From positions 5,704,001 to 5,768,000 of the forward strand of contig CM068756.1 of the NCBI GenBank assembly GCA_035084275.1: a DNA stretch of 64,000 nucleotides, given 5' to 3'. Both the position numbers and the translations under genes were made by a program. Origin of the DNA: Hydrolagus colliei. Its lineage: Eukaryota. Below are positions 49,768 to 61,092 of the stretch, in pieces. A model generated the notes under the pieces. It made no database searches, was not told where the DNA came from, and saw only the letters and a program-made list of their open reading frames with translations. Positions within the stretch are counted from its first letter, which is position 1. Every line of letters begins with the position of its first letter.

Positions 49768-50015
49768 CAGTCGTGGCCAACCTTTATGGTTGGTCAACAA
49801 AATAAATTTTCTCGATTGAATATTTATTTCTTGATTGATGCCCATTCATCAATAAATATTCAATCAGGAAAAAACTGGAAACACACTCAAGCATGGACTT
49901 ACCTAGACTTATGTGAATATTTGGGGGTGTGAGGGGTGGGGGGGATGAGGAGGGAGGCTTATCAATGGCTCCGTGGGCCACATCCTGCTCACGGGCCACA
50001 GGTTGGTCAACACTG
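49768..50015. mobile_element. hAT (Charlie-like) non-autonomous element, 248 bp
   Basis: Perfect 8-bp TSD GCCTAATG (49760-67, 50016-23) with central TA; 16-bp TIRs CAGTCGTGGCCAACCT and AGGTTGGTCAACACTG (13/16); repeated subterminal GGGCCACA motif. Confidence 0.88.
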
Positions 50016-50870
50016 GCCTAATGAGTGGGCATAAGTCTGTTAAAGTTCTGAATTCCCAAATAAAATGAATTTAAGGCTGAAATAAATTACACACACATAC
50101 AATGTTTGTGTCTCTGTTTACTGTATTTAATTATGGAAAATAATGAACGCATAATTGTTTCACACCAGCGGAATGTCAATAATAAAAAATCCTATTTTTA
50201 TCATGATTAACAGTAATCTGTACAGGGAGAGGGGAGGTGGGAGGGCAGGAAGTCCATGTTCCTCTGTCATTAATTGATTGACAGTATCGAAGTACCTAAA
50301 TACTGATAGAATACTGAGAGATTGACCTGATGAGTTTTTCATTGCTTTTCCTATTATTCCTAGCACTAACCACCATAGAAATTCTTAGCAAAAACAGCAA
50401 GTTACCTTGTTAGATGCTTTAAAGAGGAACACGTCCAGCATTGCACAGCGAAGCATGCAGGTTATTAACATTACCTCTGAAGGTTCTTTAAATGGGCTTT
50501 ACATCCGTTTCTTTACAATCTAAGGAATGCCAGTCCAATTATCTTTAAAGCATTTCCCCTACATCATCCATGCTGATAATTTATGCTACATTTACAGAAT
50601 TCAGGTTTCATGTACTTTCTTTCATTAAATCAAAATTACAATTTACTATCTTAGACTGCTTTATTATAATTGAAGCATCAATTCCAACAGATCTTAACAG
50701 ATAGCTTTATAAGATCCAACATGCGTTTTTGAAGTAATGAAAAAAGTAATAAAAATACAAATAATGCAGTTAAGGTTTTCACTCTGCTGGTTTCCATACC
50801 GTCAGAGAAAAGAGACACAAACGTCAGAACCTGCTTGAGTATCTCAGATCATGATCAGTTTCATTTCATT

Positions 50871-50934
50871 CAAGTGCTCTGAGATGCTGCCCTGTGTGAG
50901 AGGAGCTATATAAGTGCAAGTTGTTGTTGTTGTT
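50871..50934 (+). mobile_element. Solo L2-type 3' tail (variant family)
   Basis: CAAGTGCTCTGAGATGCTGCCCTGTGTGAGAGGAGCTATATAAGTGCAAG(TTG)n. Confidence 0.82.
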
Positions 50935-53298
50935 ATATGGTTTTGTAATCTTGCTGCAGTCAGTGATCATTTGCTCCTCTTAGAAGGAACATAAATAATT
51001 GCAACAATGGCTCTATGGATACTAAAACTAAAGCGATACTGTTTCTATCCCAAACAAGGTCTGTGTGGAAAGGAAAATTCAGAAGTGATCACGGGAAATG
51101 TTTGGACATAACAAAAATTTGATCCATTTTATCCTTTCAGAATATGAGCTCTCCCATCTTACTGTCACAGAATCAATTAAAAAAAAATGAGTTCCATCAC
51201 ACTGGAAGCCCATGGCAGTGGTAGTAACCAATAATAATACTAGTTAAATTAAATTTTGCCAATTATCCTTACCATGGTTATGACGCAGGAAGGAGATGAA
51301 GTACAATCCAAAAAGTCAAGCAACCAGTTGGGAAGTTATTTTCCAATCACTGCTATCTGGCAATATCATTATTTACTTATTCTTTTCACATAAAATGCAG
51401 TTTAAAAATGTAACTATCGATTCCATTGCCTTTAAATTGGTGAAAATATATCCGTAGTTGTTTAATTACCTCTGAAGTGACTCCTTAATGTTGACGTTAG
51501 TGCTTGATGACTGTGTAGTGATAAATGCAGAAACTCATTTATTTTGTGAGTGATTGAGCACTAATGCTGTTTAGTTTTCTTAATATAGTTTTATTATCAT
51601 GAATAAGTAATGAGTGTGCCAGGCTTTCTGAATATTTGATTATACCTTTTGAATGAATTTGTGTCTTATTTTCTTGTAATATCATTGTCGGTTTGTTGGT
51701 GTCATAATTTCACATTCTTGTAATGGATCTTTATCACTTTGTCTTAAACAAATAACCTTCTAAGGTCAAACTTCCAAGTCATATATTTCAAGCGGGTTGC
51801 CTTGTAGGCACAAGACTTGCAAATGGTTTGGTGGGGGGTACTCATATTAAGGGGACTATTTCATTAAATCTAATAGGATCTGCATTAAAGGCTGTATGCT
51901 TTCTTATTAAAACGACACATTTGTGCTATATGGGCTAGCCATATACTGAAGATTGGGTTAGGAATGTGCTCAGATTTTAATGACACAAACTGAGATTGTG
52001 CACAATGCTACAATGAGATGCACAAATACAAGCGCTGAGAAGATGAATTTATCAAACCATCCCTAGTAATATTTATTATACTTGTTCGATTGTAAAAGAA
52101 CAATACACTGTAGCAACATTTTACGGGTTTCATCATTTTCATTCAAAAAAAGACTTAATTTAATAAATAAGCTTCATTTTCTAACTGCAGCTAACAGCCA
52201 TTTTATAAAGCACATCATCAGTGATGAGCTTGGTTGTAAATCTACAATTAGCCGTGGATGACTATTACTGAAAATGCATAATCATTAGCTGATGACATTT
52301 TATATTGCAACACTTTAAACAATAATGTTCAAGTGCGAGCAATGAGCTCAGATTTTCCTCAATAGGTTTGATCAGGATGATTCCATTCGCTATCAGTGGT
52401 GCTCAATCAAAAGTGCCATCAAGGATCTATTGTAAAATGTACTTGTCTGCTGTAAAATGCTATTCTTTAGTTCATAAGCATACAGTGAAATCACATTTGA
52501 AGTATGATTTTAAACCTCTTTTTTGTAAGAAAAATACTTTGCCAAATCTCGCATATATATATCTCATGAAGTGCTTCGATATGTCTTCCTGAAGTGAAAG
52601 GTGCTACAGTATATCTGATGCGAGCATTGATATTTGTATATAAGAAAAGAAGAGAAGAAATTTTCTGTGGCTTATAGAGAATCATTGCTTCTCTATGTCA
52701 TCCAAGGCTGCTGTTATGTGACTTCCTGATGGGGGCCAATTGATGCTGGGCTTATTATTATTATTGCTATTATTATTAATAATTTCACAGGCACCTGCCA
52801 CTGTGCACATGCTTGGGACACTGGTTATTGTTTATGGGTGTTCTTGGCCCAATTTCAGTGCTTCTATTGTGTGGATTGGGTGCATTTCCAGTAAATAATT
52901 GATGGCTTCTTTTAATTAATTCTTTTATCAAGACAGATCCTGAAATGTGGTCCAACTCCCATGGTGGGGGACTTTCGTGCCATTTGAATTTGGTTACCAC
53001 TGTCAAAAATTAGCTTTAGATTCTGAGTTCAAATGCTTAATATCCTGTTGTTAAACTGTTCCATTTGCACGATTGCATCTAACGTTCCACTGGATGATTT
53101 GACCAAGTGGTAAATTTAAGGCACAAAAAAGCTGTAAATTTGCAGATGACTGCTGAGTTGGTGAACAACATAATTACAACCTGACATGCCGTTGGTAGGT
53201 TGCTTCCGTTATGTTTCTCAAAATCTCCAATTATTTAAATTGGAGCGGGAATATTAAGAGATATGAACTAATTCATCCCTGGGATGAGATTTCTCATT

Positions 53299-53476
53299 AA
53301 TATTACAATAATGATCCTTGCATCTGATATAGTGCATTATCATGTGGCCAAAGTCTTAAATGCTTTACAAAAGATATACTGTGTGTGAAGTGTAGTGACT
53401 ACATATTCGTAAGCAAGCACAGCAGCCAGTTTGCTTACAGCCAGTTTGTTCTAAGAAATAGCTGTGAAGTGAATGA
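53299..53476 (-). mobile_element. SINE 3' fragment (older Deu type)
   Basis: AATAATGATCCTTGCATCTGATATAG...GTGAAGTGTAGTGACT...GCAGCCAGTTTG...TGAAGTGAATGA. Confidence 0.8.
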
Positions 53477-55527
53477 TCCCGAAATTTTGAATCTGGATCC
53501 AGTGCCATATTTTTGCTGTTGACAGTAAAAGTATAATTGTGTCCAGTAATGAGAGATCAGTAGCAGGAAAGAAAATTTATATTTTTGGCCCCCCAAAAAA
53601 CGAATTCATCATAACGAGTGTCAGGAAGTTGAATAGCCTCGCAAAGCATTGTTGGAGCCATTTCTGGAACAAAGCCCAAATCATTTTGCACCAATTGAAT
53701 TTACACTACAGTGACCCTTATGAATCTCCTGATTAAACCATTTCCTGAAGGTGGGCTCGCGAGACAACCTCTAGCACAATTTTGTTGCAGATCTTTTGAA
53801 GCATAAACAAATTAATTCCCAAGGTTTTTTCCACAGCACAAAAAGGGTGTAAATTTGAACAGATGGCAGTGGGGTGGGGGATTATGAGTACGTTAAGATT
53901 TTCAGAGAACAATCAGTGTGTACAGAGGAAAAGTTTGGTACCGATAACTTTCTGAGACTGTCAAGAATATGGACATCTCAGACAGCTTATCCACTCTAGA
54001 CCACCAGCAAAATGAAGGCATAGCTTCTAGATCACCAAGGCAACGAATGCCACAGATGGATAGCCTCTCTACTCCACCAGGGAATGGGACCCTTCAGATA
54101 GATATCCCACCGCAGACCATCAGGACACCTGGGTTGTTTAGCTACTGCAGAAGCCCCCTGAAATTAAACCAGCATTAGGTCTGCTGGTAATAAAATCGAA
54201 TGAGCATTTATTTATAACTTGAAAAAGTGAAACAAACCAAATTCTGGTCTATATAGCAGAAGTTAGAAAAGAAATTAAATAGTGTATTCAATAATTCTAT
54301 GAAATTCAACAATTATTTGCACATTGGCTAAACTTGTTTTAATGGTTTGTTTTGGTCAGGATGCCCGAATGGATTAAGCTTCAAGTATATTCACAACATG
54401 ATTCATATTTCACTGTTCGTCGACGGAAATATGATTCAATGGAGGATGATTTGGCTTCAGTCATTTTACTCCTACTGACAGACCTCATTACCACACAATG
54501 CACTGGTTGCCAACGCACTTAAGAACTGCTGAACCTCACCCAGGAAAGGAAATTGAGTTCAAGCAATAGGTAGCCCTGGGATTCCAATCGGCAACGTTCC
54601 AGGTAAGAACCAAGTCCTCAACTGCTGAGCTATTCTTCATTTAACATTCTTACAAGAGCTGCTATATGCCAGACACCAAGTATTTGCTTTTATTGCATTA
54701 CTTGTCCTTCCATCCATTTAAGCAGTAGGCAAGTTTGCTGGCTGTTTTATATTCCTGTGGCCACAGAGCCTTCCGTGTTCACTTGTCTCAGTCAGCTGGG
54801 TTGCTGTAACATTTTTTCTTCTCCTGTCCTAAGAATTGTGTATAAATTACATTTGGAGAGAACTGAGTTAAATCTGTCCAGAAGAAATAATGTCACCCTG
54901 GGATGACAGCTGGCTGGTAAAGAAAGCTAAAACACTATCAGTTATTCACTAAAGATGCTTTTACAGGTGTTGAGCAAGCCACAGGACCTCCTACCATTGA
55001 AACTGAGCACGCTCAGTTTACTACAACCACAGCATGTTCTGAGAGAGATGGCCCAGGAGCTGTTCCTTTAAAGAATTGTTCAGATTACACAGTGAAGCCT
55101 ACACAATTCACATTCTGTAGCACAGGAGAAAGAACACAGGTACGCAGCAGATGTTGCTGTATCAAGATCAGCCACTGGAGCTCTGGAACAAACACACACA
55201 ATTTAATGATATTTGTCGAAAAACTAGATAAAGTTAGTCCCTTATGGTACCTCCTCCATTCTGCTCACCTTCCATTGGCCTATATTAATTAGTATTTTGA
55301 AAGATGCAACATGCAATACTCTCGTTGCATCGAATTCCCTGGAGAAAAAGCTGGCATGTGGATATAACATTGTTGATATACACCAGAAATGGGTCAGTTT
55401 GGAATCTGAATTAGTTTTGAAGACTAAGAAGGGGGAGGAAACATTTATTTTTTGATTATTGTTTGTGGCTATACAAGTGTGCTTGTGAGGAAGCCAATTG
55501 AAATCATTGAGCATTTAGCCAGTACAG

Positions 55528-55565
55528 AGTAACACTGTACCCCACCAGTAATACTGTACCCCACC
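55528..55565. repeat. 19-bp tandem duplication
   Basis: AGTAA(C/T)ACTGTACCCCACC x2, one mismatch. Confidence 0.85.
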
Positions 55566-55941
55566 AAGACTCACTCCATCCTAATGTGTATACTGTACCA
55601 GAAATATCACAACCTGGATATGTGTGTATGCGTGTGAGAAGAAGAGAGTAACTTTGCATTTTACACGGCAAGTGAAACATCCAGCAATAGAAAAATATTT
55701 TTGGAAGTAAATACATCACAAACTACTCCACTATTCAGAATAAGGTGCTACTTGGCAAACCTTTAATTCATTACTAACACATGACTTATGGATAATAATA
55801 CACAACAAATAGGTAAAAGCAACCCAAGACTACTAGTTCTTACCGTCTCTGGACATGGCCCAGTCATTATTTTTTAATGGGAGAATGTGCTGTAGTAAAT
55901 TAATATCAGGTACCACCATGAGAATGTACGGTATCTCCCTG

Positions 55942-56239
55942 TAATAATAATCCTTGCGTTTGATATAGCTTTTTTCACATCTTCTAAATGTTTCAAAGTG
56001 CATCACAGAATATACTGTAAAGTGAATTGATTGTATATTTGTGGGCAAACGCAGCAGCCAATTGAGCACAGCAGTGTCCCACAAACAGCCGTGGATTGAA
56101 ATGACCAACTTTTTTTTAAGGGATTATTATTAGGTGTGTGAAGTAAGGAAACTTGCCCAAGGTTTTGCTCTGCCTGGAATTGAACCCAGGTCTCTTGCTT
56201 GCAAGGTGAGTGCTTCAAACCACTGAGCTACAGGACTCC
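55942..56239 (-). mobile_element. Full-length young tRNA-derived SINE
   Basis: Minus strand GGAGTCCTGTAGCTCAGTGG (A box)...GGTTCAATTCC (B box)...ACCTTGGGCAAGTTTCCTTAC...(ATT)n. Confidence 0.95.
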
Positions 56240-56452
56240 ACTTTTCATGTCTTCTAGCCATCTCAAAGCACTTCGCAGAATATACAGCAGTGTGAATTAA
56301 ACGGGACAGACAATTAATTGCGCACTGCAGTGTCCCACAAACAGTCATGGTATGAGTGACCAAATTATTATTGTTTTCTTGAGTGATTATTACCAGGCGT
56401 GTGGAGTAAGGAAACTTTCCCAAGGTTTCACCCTGACCTGTCGCCAATTGAA
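56240..56452 (-). mobile_element. Second, more diverged SINE copy joined head-to-tail to the previous one
   Basis: Runs from a B-box remnant (GTTCAATT) through ACCTTGGGAAAGTTTCCTTACTCCACACGCC to ...AGAAGACATGAAAAGT; terminal tail missing. Confidence 0.88.
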
Positions 56453-56719
56453 CTTTTCCAACTTTTACAGTGACATTGAACAGATAGGGAAAAGTTGTAC
56501 AAGGAATCAGTGTGTATTTTGATTAGTTAAGTGCACAAAGAGAACATGGGCTTGTAAGTCTGCGGATAATGATACTGATGTCCCGCTCTTTAAAAGGGTT
56601 GTCAAGAGAAAGTAGAAGACAATTAAAAGGCAGAAAGGAAGAGTAACTGCATTCTCACTGGTCCATTCAATTAAAGAAAAGTTAAATTGAAACAATGGTC
56701 GGCAGCAGAAAGGTGATGA

Positions 56720-57115
56720 TAAATACAAAAATGTCTGTTGATTGGGTGGTGACCAGTGGAGTTTGGAATTTGTAGGGGTATGTCTCTTGTCTCCTTCAGT
56801 TCAAACTCTTCATAAATTAATTATCTGAAATATATCCATAAATTATATATAAATACACAGTCAGAACACTTTACCGTAAATCTTGTGAAGTGCCTTGAGA
56901 TTTTTCGACACAGTGACAAGGTGCTATATCAAATGCAAAGATTATATTTATTATTATTATAGATGTAGGAGAGAATTTCCAGCAACAGCAAAACCATTTG
57001 CTGATGACCCTAAACTTATAATCTAAATTAGATCGACAGCAGTAAAATGAATCTGGACTAATTATATGAATGTACTGAGGAATAGCGAGTGAATTTTAAT
57101 GTGAATTGCAAAAAT
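56720..57115 (+). mobile_element. Highly decayed CR1 RT fragment interrupted by a SINE tail
   Basis: WVVTSGV (TGGGTGGTGACCAGTGGAGTT), FADDPKL (56996), NLD*LYEC..E*RVNFNVNCK colinear with CR1 RT motifs. Confidence 0.6.
56850..56960 (+). mobile_element. SINE 3' fragment
   Basis: ACAGTCA..ACACTTTAC..TGTGAAGTGCCTTGAGA...GGTGCTATATCAAATGCAAAG(ATT)n. Confidence 0.85.
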
Positions 57116-58134
57116 CTCTCACTCCCATTTCCCCAAGTAGTGAATCAGTAATCGTTCAGTAAATCCATAGACATTGTGTTGATTATTTCCATAAAAAACG
57201 AGCTGCTTAGGAATGGTGTTTCAGAATATAAGAATGAATGTACTGTAGAAAGAAAAAATAAATACTTCATGGAAGTGTGATGCTTGAACCTTCAAATCTG
57301 TCAGTGGAAAGGGACCGGCAAAGTTGAATAACAGAGATGGCCTTTGTTGAGTTTTTGCTAAATGTTTTCAAAAAAAAACTTTGCATAACTTTCCAATGGG
57401 TGATTGAATACACGGCGAGGAATTTGTGATAGGAAAGAAGATACTTGCTGGATAATGTAATTTGATGATTCATTCTTTACTTTCATGTGTTGTAGTCCAG
57501 AGTGGAAGCAGATGACAATTAAAAGACAGAACAAGCAGACTTACTGATACGGTTTAAAATCAAAATGCTATTCAGCTTCTTCTTCAAACTTTTTATGATG
57601 CTTTTTTTTAGAGCTAGTGGAGCACTTCTGATCCATGAGATATAATCAAATCTATCATTAACTACAAAGGTTTCTATTTAGATCATAAACCATTTGCATT
57701 TTTCTTGAAGTACTTCTTTTTGTCTGTGACTACTGAATGTGGATAGATTTGCAATGTATTTACTGATTAATGTCTGAAAAGCCCATTTATTTTAATTTGA
57801 TATCCAATTTGTGCATTTATTTTATGATTGATTTACATATGGCTTGCATGAAAGAGCTTGATGCATCTCTCTGTCTGGATGTCGCAGGCAGACACCGGCT
57901 GTTAGTGCTAACCATCAAAGACAAGTAACATCTATCTGTGTTCTGAATAGTTAAGGCCTTTATTTTTTAAGTTCTTATGCTCTGGAAACAAAACTTTACT
58001 TATTAAAAATAATTCCTCCCTAACTTGGTGCCATTGGCCTACAAAATACACAGCCATGACACATTAAGTGTATCCTGTGAAGTGCTTTGAGTCGTACTCT
58101 CGACATGAAAGACACTTATCCATTCCTCCCAAAT

Positions 58135-58290
58135 AAAATTGATTCATTCACTTCATGGCGATATGTGGGACATGGCTGTGTGCAAATTAGCTGCCAAGTT
58201 AACCTGCAAAAAAAAGGCCCTGCACTTTACAGTAAATCCTGTGAAGCATTTTAAGACATCCTCCTAACATATTAGGTATTGTGCCATAAA
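58135..58290 (+). mobile_element. DeuSINE 3' fragment
   Basis: TCATTCACTTCATGGC..TGTGGGACATGGCTGTGTGCAAATTAGCTGCC...CACTTTACAGTAAATCCTGTGAAGCA. Confidence 0.8.
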
Positions 58291-58686
58291 TCCAAAATAC
58301 TTAGCTATTTTTCATTGAAATCTGCAAATTAATAATAAAATTATTATTAATTCACAAAATTAGGTTTATTTATATGTCAAAAACAGCAGATAACCCAGCA
58401 TGGAACCTTGAGAAAGTAATCTAATTGACTGTCTGTCTTCTTTTTTCAGCGTTTTCCATACAAAAAGTTTTACAGCATTTTCAGGTTTCTGTTTCATCTC
58501 TGGCACCAAAATTCAACTGTGAATGACTGGTCAAAAAGCAACAAGTGAGACAAGAGCAGTCAGCAATGGACTTGAAAAAAGACAAATCCATTTGGCGTGA
58601 AACTAAAGGACAAGAGTAACTCATGCAACTGACTGGTGAGAGACTAAAAGGCATAATAGTTCTAGGATAGCTCACTTAAATCACAG

Positions 58687-58951
58687 AACATATTATATTT
58701 GTATAGCACCTTTCACTTAAGGAGGATGTCCCAAGGTGTGAGATAGTCAGGGATCCGCTTCCAAGTTGGTGGTTGGTATCATGAGGGATGGAAGGTGGGG
58801 GAAGGAGGGTGACCAAAGGTACAGTTGAACAGGAGGATCTTGAGATGGGTCCTGAAGGAGGCAACAGAGGGGGCGAGATGGAGGGAATGTGGGGTGGGTG
58901 CAGAAGGTGGGGGTATGGCTGAAGGCCCGTGCACCAATGGTGGATAGGGAC
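58687..58951 (-). mobile_element. 5'-truncated L2 LINE (ORF2 C-terminus and tail), degraded
   Basis: Minus-strand translation STIGARAFSHTP...SLHLAPSVASFRTHLKILLF; tail CACCTTGGGACATCCTCC..AAGTGAAAGGTGCTATACAAAT. Confidence 0.85.
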
Positions 58952-60771
58952 GTGAATCAGGCCTGAGCCAAATGAAATGAAAAAGTTCATATTGCTAGTC
59001 AACACAATCCACAAAGAGATTCTAGACCTAAGGCTCTGGATAGAAATCTGATCTAGTCGAACAATATGTTGGTGTGCTAATATACAGAATGACAGATATA
59101 GTTCCAGCCTATTTCCAGTCTCAGGTGAGGATATCAATGGAAATCGCTGAATGATTCCAGATACATTCTGGGAGAACGAGAGGATGCAAAAAAAATGAAA
59201 CGGAGCATTTTCTATTGGCTACTTATAGAGGACATTGGCAGAGAGGCTGAAAGGTGGCTTACCAAATGGCATGCATGCTTCCTTGGTTAATTAATGGAAT
59301 ATGATAAGTGGTCGGATCAATATCTGCAGCTGCTGTCACTCTCTGTTGTGACAGTGATTGATATATTCAGAAAGAATGAGCGGTACACATTGGAGAGTTC
59401 CGGGATCCACAGTGACACATTCAAAATTTAAGCTTTGTATCTTTACCTTTTTTCCTTATTAAATTAGGATCTGTTGACTTCAACGTTTTACGTTCGCAAT
59501 GGACCTGTTAAAAGTTGGGCAATCGGAACGCTTTAATGTGGTGGAATTGTACTTTTATTTAGTATAACTTAATGTAAGTGATGTGGATGGACTTGAGGTA
59601 GCGGCAAAGCTATGAAGGTGCCTAACCTTTTTTGGAAGTCTTGAGAATTAATTATTGTGAATATATCAGGACACATTTGCAAATGTGATTATTTCGCTAT
59701 TGCAATGTGATGGCTTTATAGAATTATAATAAGAAAATTATTTCAATATTTGTTTTAAAAAGAACCCAATTAAAAAGAGAGTCCTTGAGCATTTTTATAA
59801 TAGGTGGTTTTGCAATTTTTACTATGGAGTGTGAATGTTCAAACTGCCAGTGCGAATTTAAAAGTTACAGAAGCTTTAAGAGGAGGTTTTCTGTGGCTGT
59901 TCTTGCAATTCCAGGGACTGAAACTTACTGTAGAATTAATATATACCCTGACTATACATTAAGACATTATCAGAAGATAGAGAATGTTATTGTGGGATCC
60001 ACAAAATGTACATTTGTATTCTATCTGGGTCTGCTAATATGAAATACTCTTGTTAGAACAGATACCTACTAGACACCACAGTCTGTTGTTTCATGTTTCT
60101 AATTAGCAATGCTTCAAAGGTAAGCTATCTTTAGCTTGGTGCACATAAGACACTTCCTCTCATGTTTCAAACAGATTATCTGTTTATCAACTATGGAATA
60201 ATGGAGTGTCAAGGATAATATACTGTAGAAATGTCTGCAGTCCAAAGTTAGTTTGGGGTTTATATGGTGGAATAGCTCAGAGAAAGCCTTTTGAAAACAA
60301 ACCAATATAGAGTTTCAATCATAAACCTTTCTACATTATCAGGGAGAAATACCACCTGGGTTTAGATTTAACCTATATACTGTATGTAGTATTTCAGATG
60401 TGCAGAATTTGGTACAAGGTGGTTTTCTGAAGTTCTTAAAAGAAAGTTAGTAGAAACTGGATTCAAAATTAAGGCTGTGTTTAGATGTTTGTCAAATTCT
60501 AGACACTCTGAAACATGACAGAGTAATTCTAGACCCAGGTGGAATTTCCCTCCATATGTCTGACCAGCTGTTATATGACATGGGTTTCTATTTATGCCAT
60601 GATTTGGAATCTGGGTCATACTTGCTAGACCTTTGTAACAATTTGTAGTAAGTGATAATGGGTGTGATTTTTGTGTAATCCCATGTGAACACAATATCAA
60701 GATTTGCATCTTGTTTCGGATCCGAACAGCACCACAGTTACTTTCACAGATCAGCTACCCTGAACACAGTT

Positions 60772-60949
60772 TGTCCTGGCCAACAATCTCCCTGGTAAAA
60801 TTGGTAATTCACTTGATAAGCTGCTTGTAGGATGTTGGTTGCAAATTGGTTGCCGTGTTTATTCTTGCATTAGTCAAAGTCACTACTTTGTAGTAAAATC
60901 CTGTGAAGTGCTTTGAGATGTTTCAAAAACATGATAAGGTACTGCATCA
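60772..60949 (+). mobile_element. DeuSINE 3' fragment
   Basis: GTCCTGGCCAACAAT...GCAAATTGGTTGCCGTGTT...AGTCACTAC...CCTGTGAAGTGCTTTGAGATG. Confidence 0.8.
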
Positions 60950-60956
60950 CAGTTAT

Positions 60957-61092
60957 AATCATAGAATCATAGAATCTTACGGCATAAAAGGAGGCCATTC
61001 GGCCCATCTAGTCTGTGCTGGCTCTTCGAAAAGAGCAACTCAATCCCATTGCCCAGCTCTCTCCCCATAACCTAACAGACCTGTTCTTCCTA
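60957..61092 (-). mobile_element. CR1 LINE (or CR1-tailed SINE) 3' end
   Basis: Minus strand ends GATGGGCCGAATGGCCTCCTTTTATGCCGTAAG(ATTCTATG)2ATT; the ATTCTRTG octamer repeat is the CR1 hallmark. Confidence 0.9.

Noticed and set aside
54572-54632. Degenerate minus-strand tRNA-like head (TAGCTCAGCAG...GATTGGAATCC)
   Set aside because: Boxes are weak and no recognisable SINE body follows.
58676-59137. 153-aa ORF
   Set aside because: Largely an out-of-frame reading of a decayed L2 3' end.
59594-59615. let-7-like start TGAGGTAG
   Set aside because: Only 8 nt match; the rest of the mature sequence and a precursor hairpin are absent.
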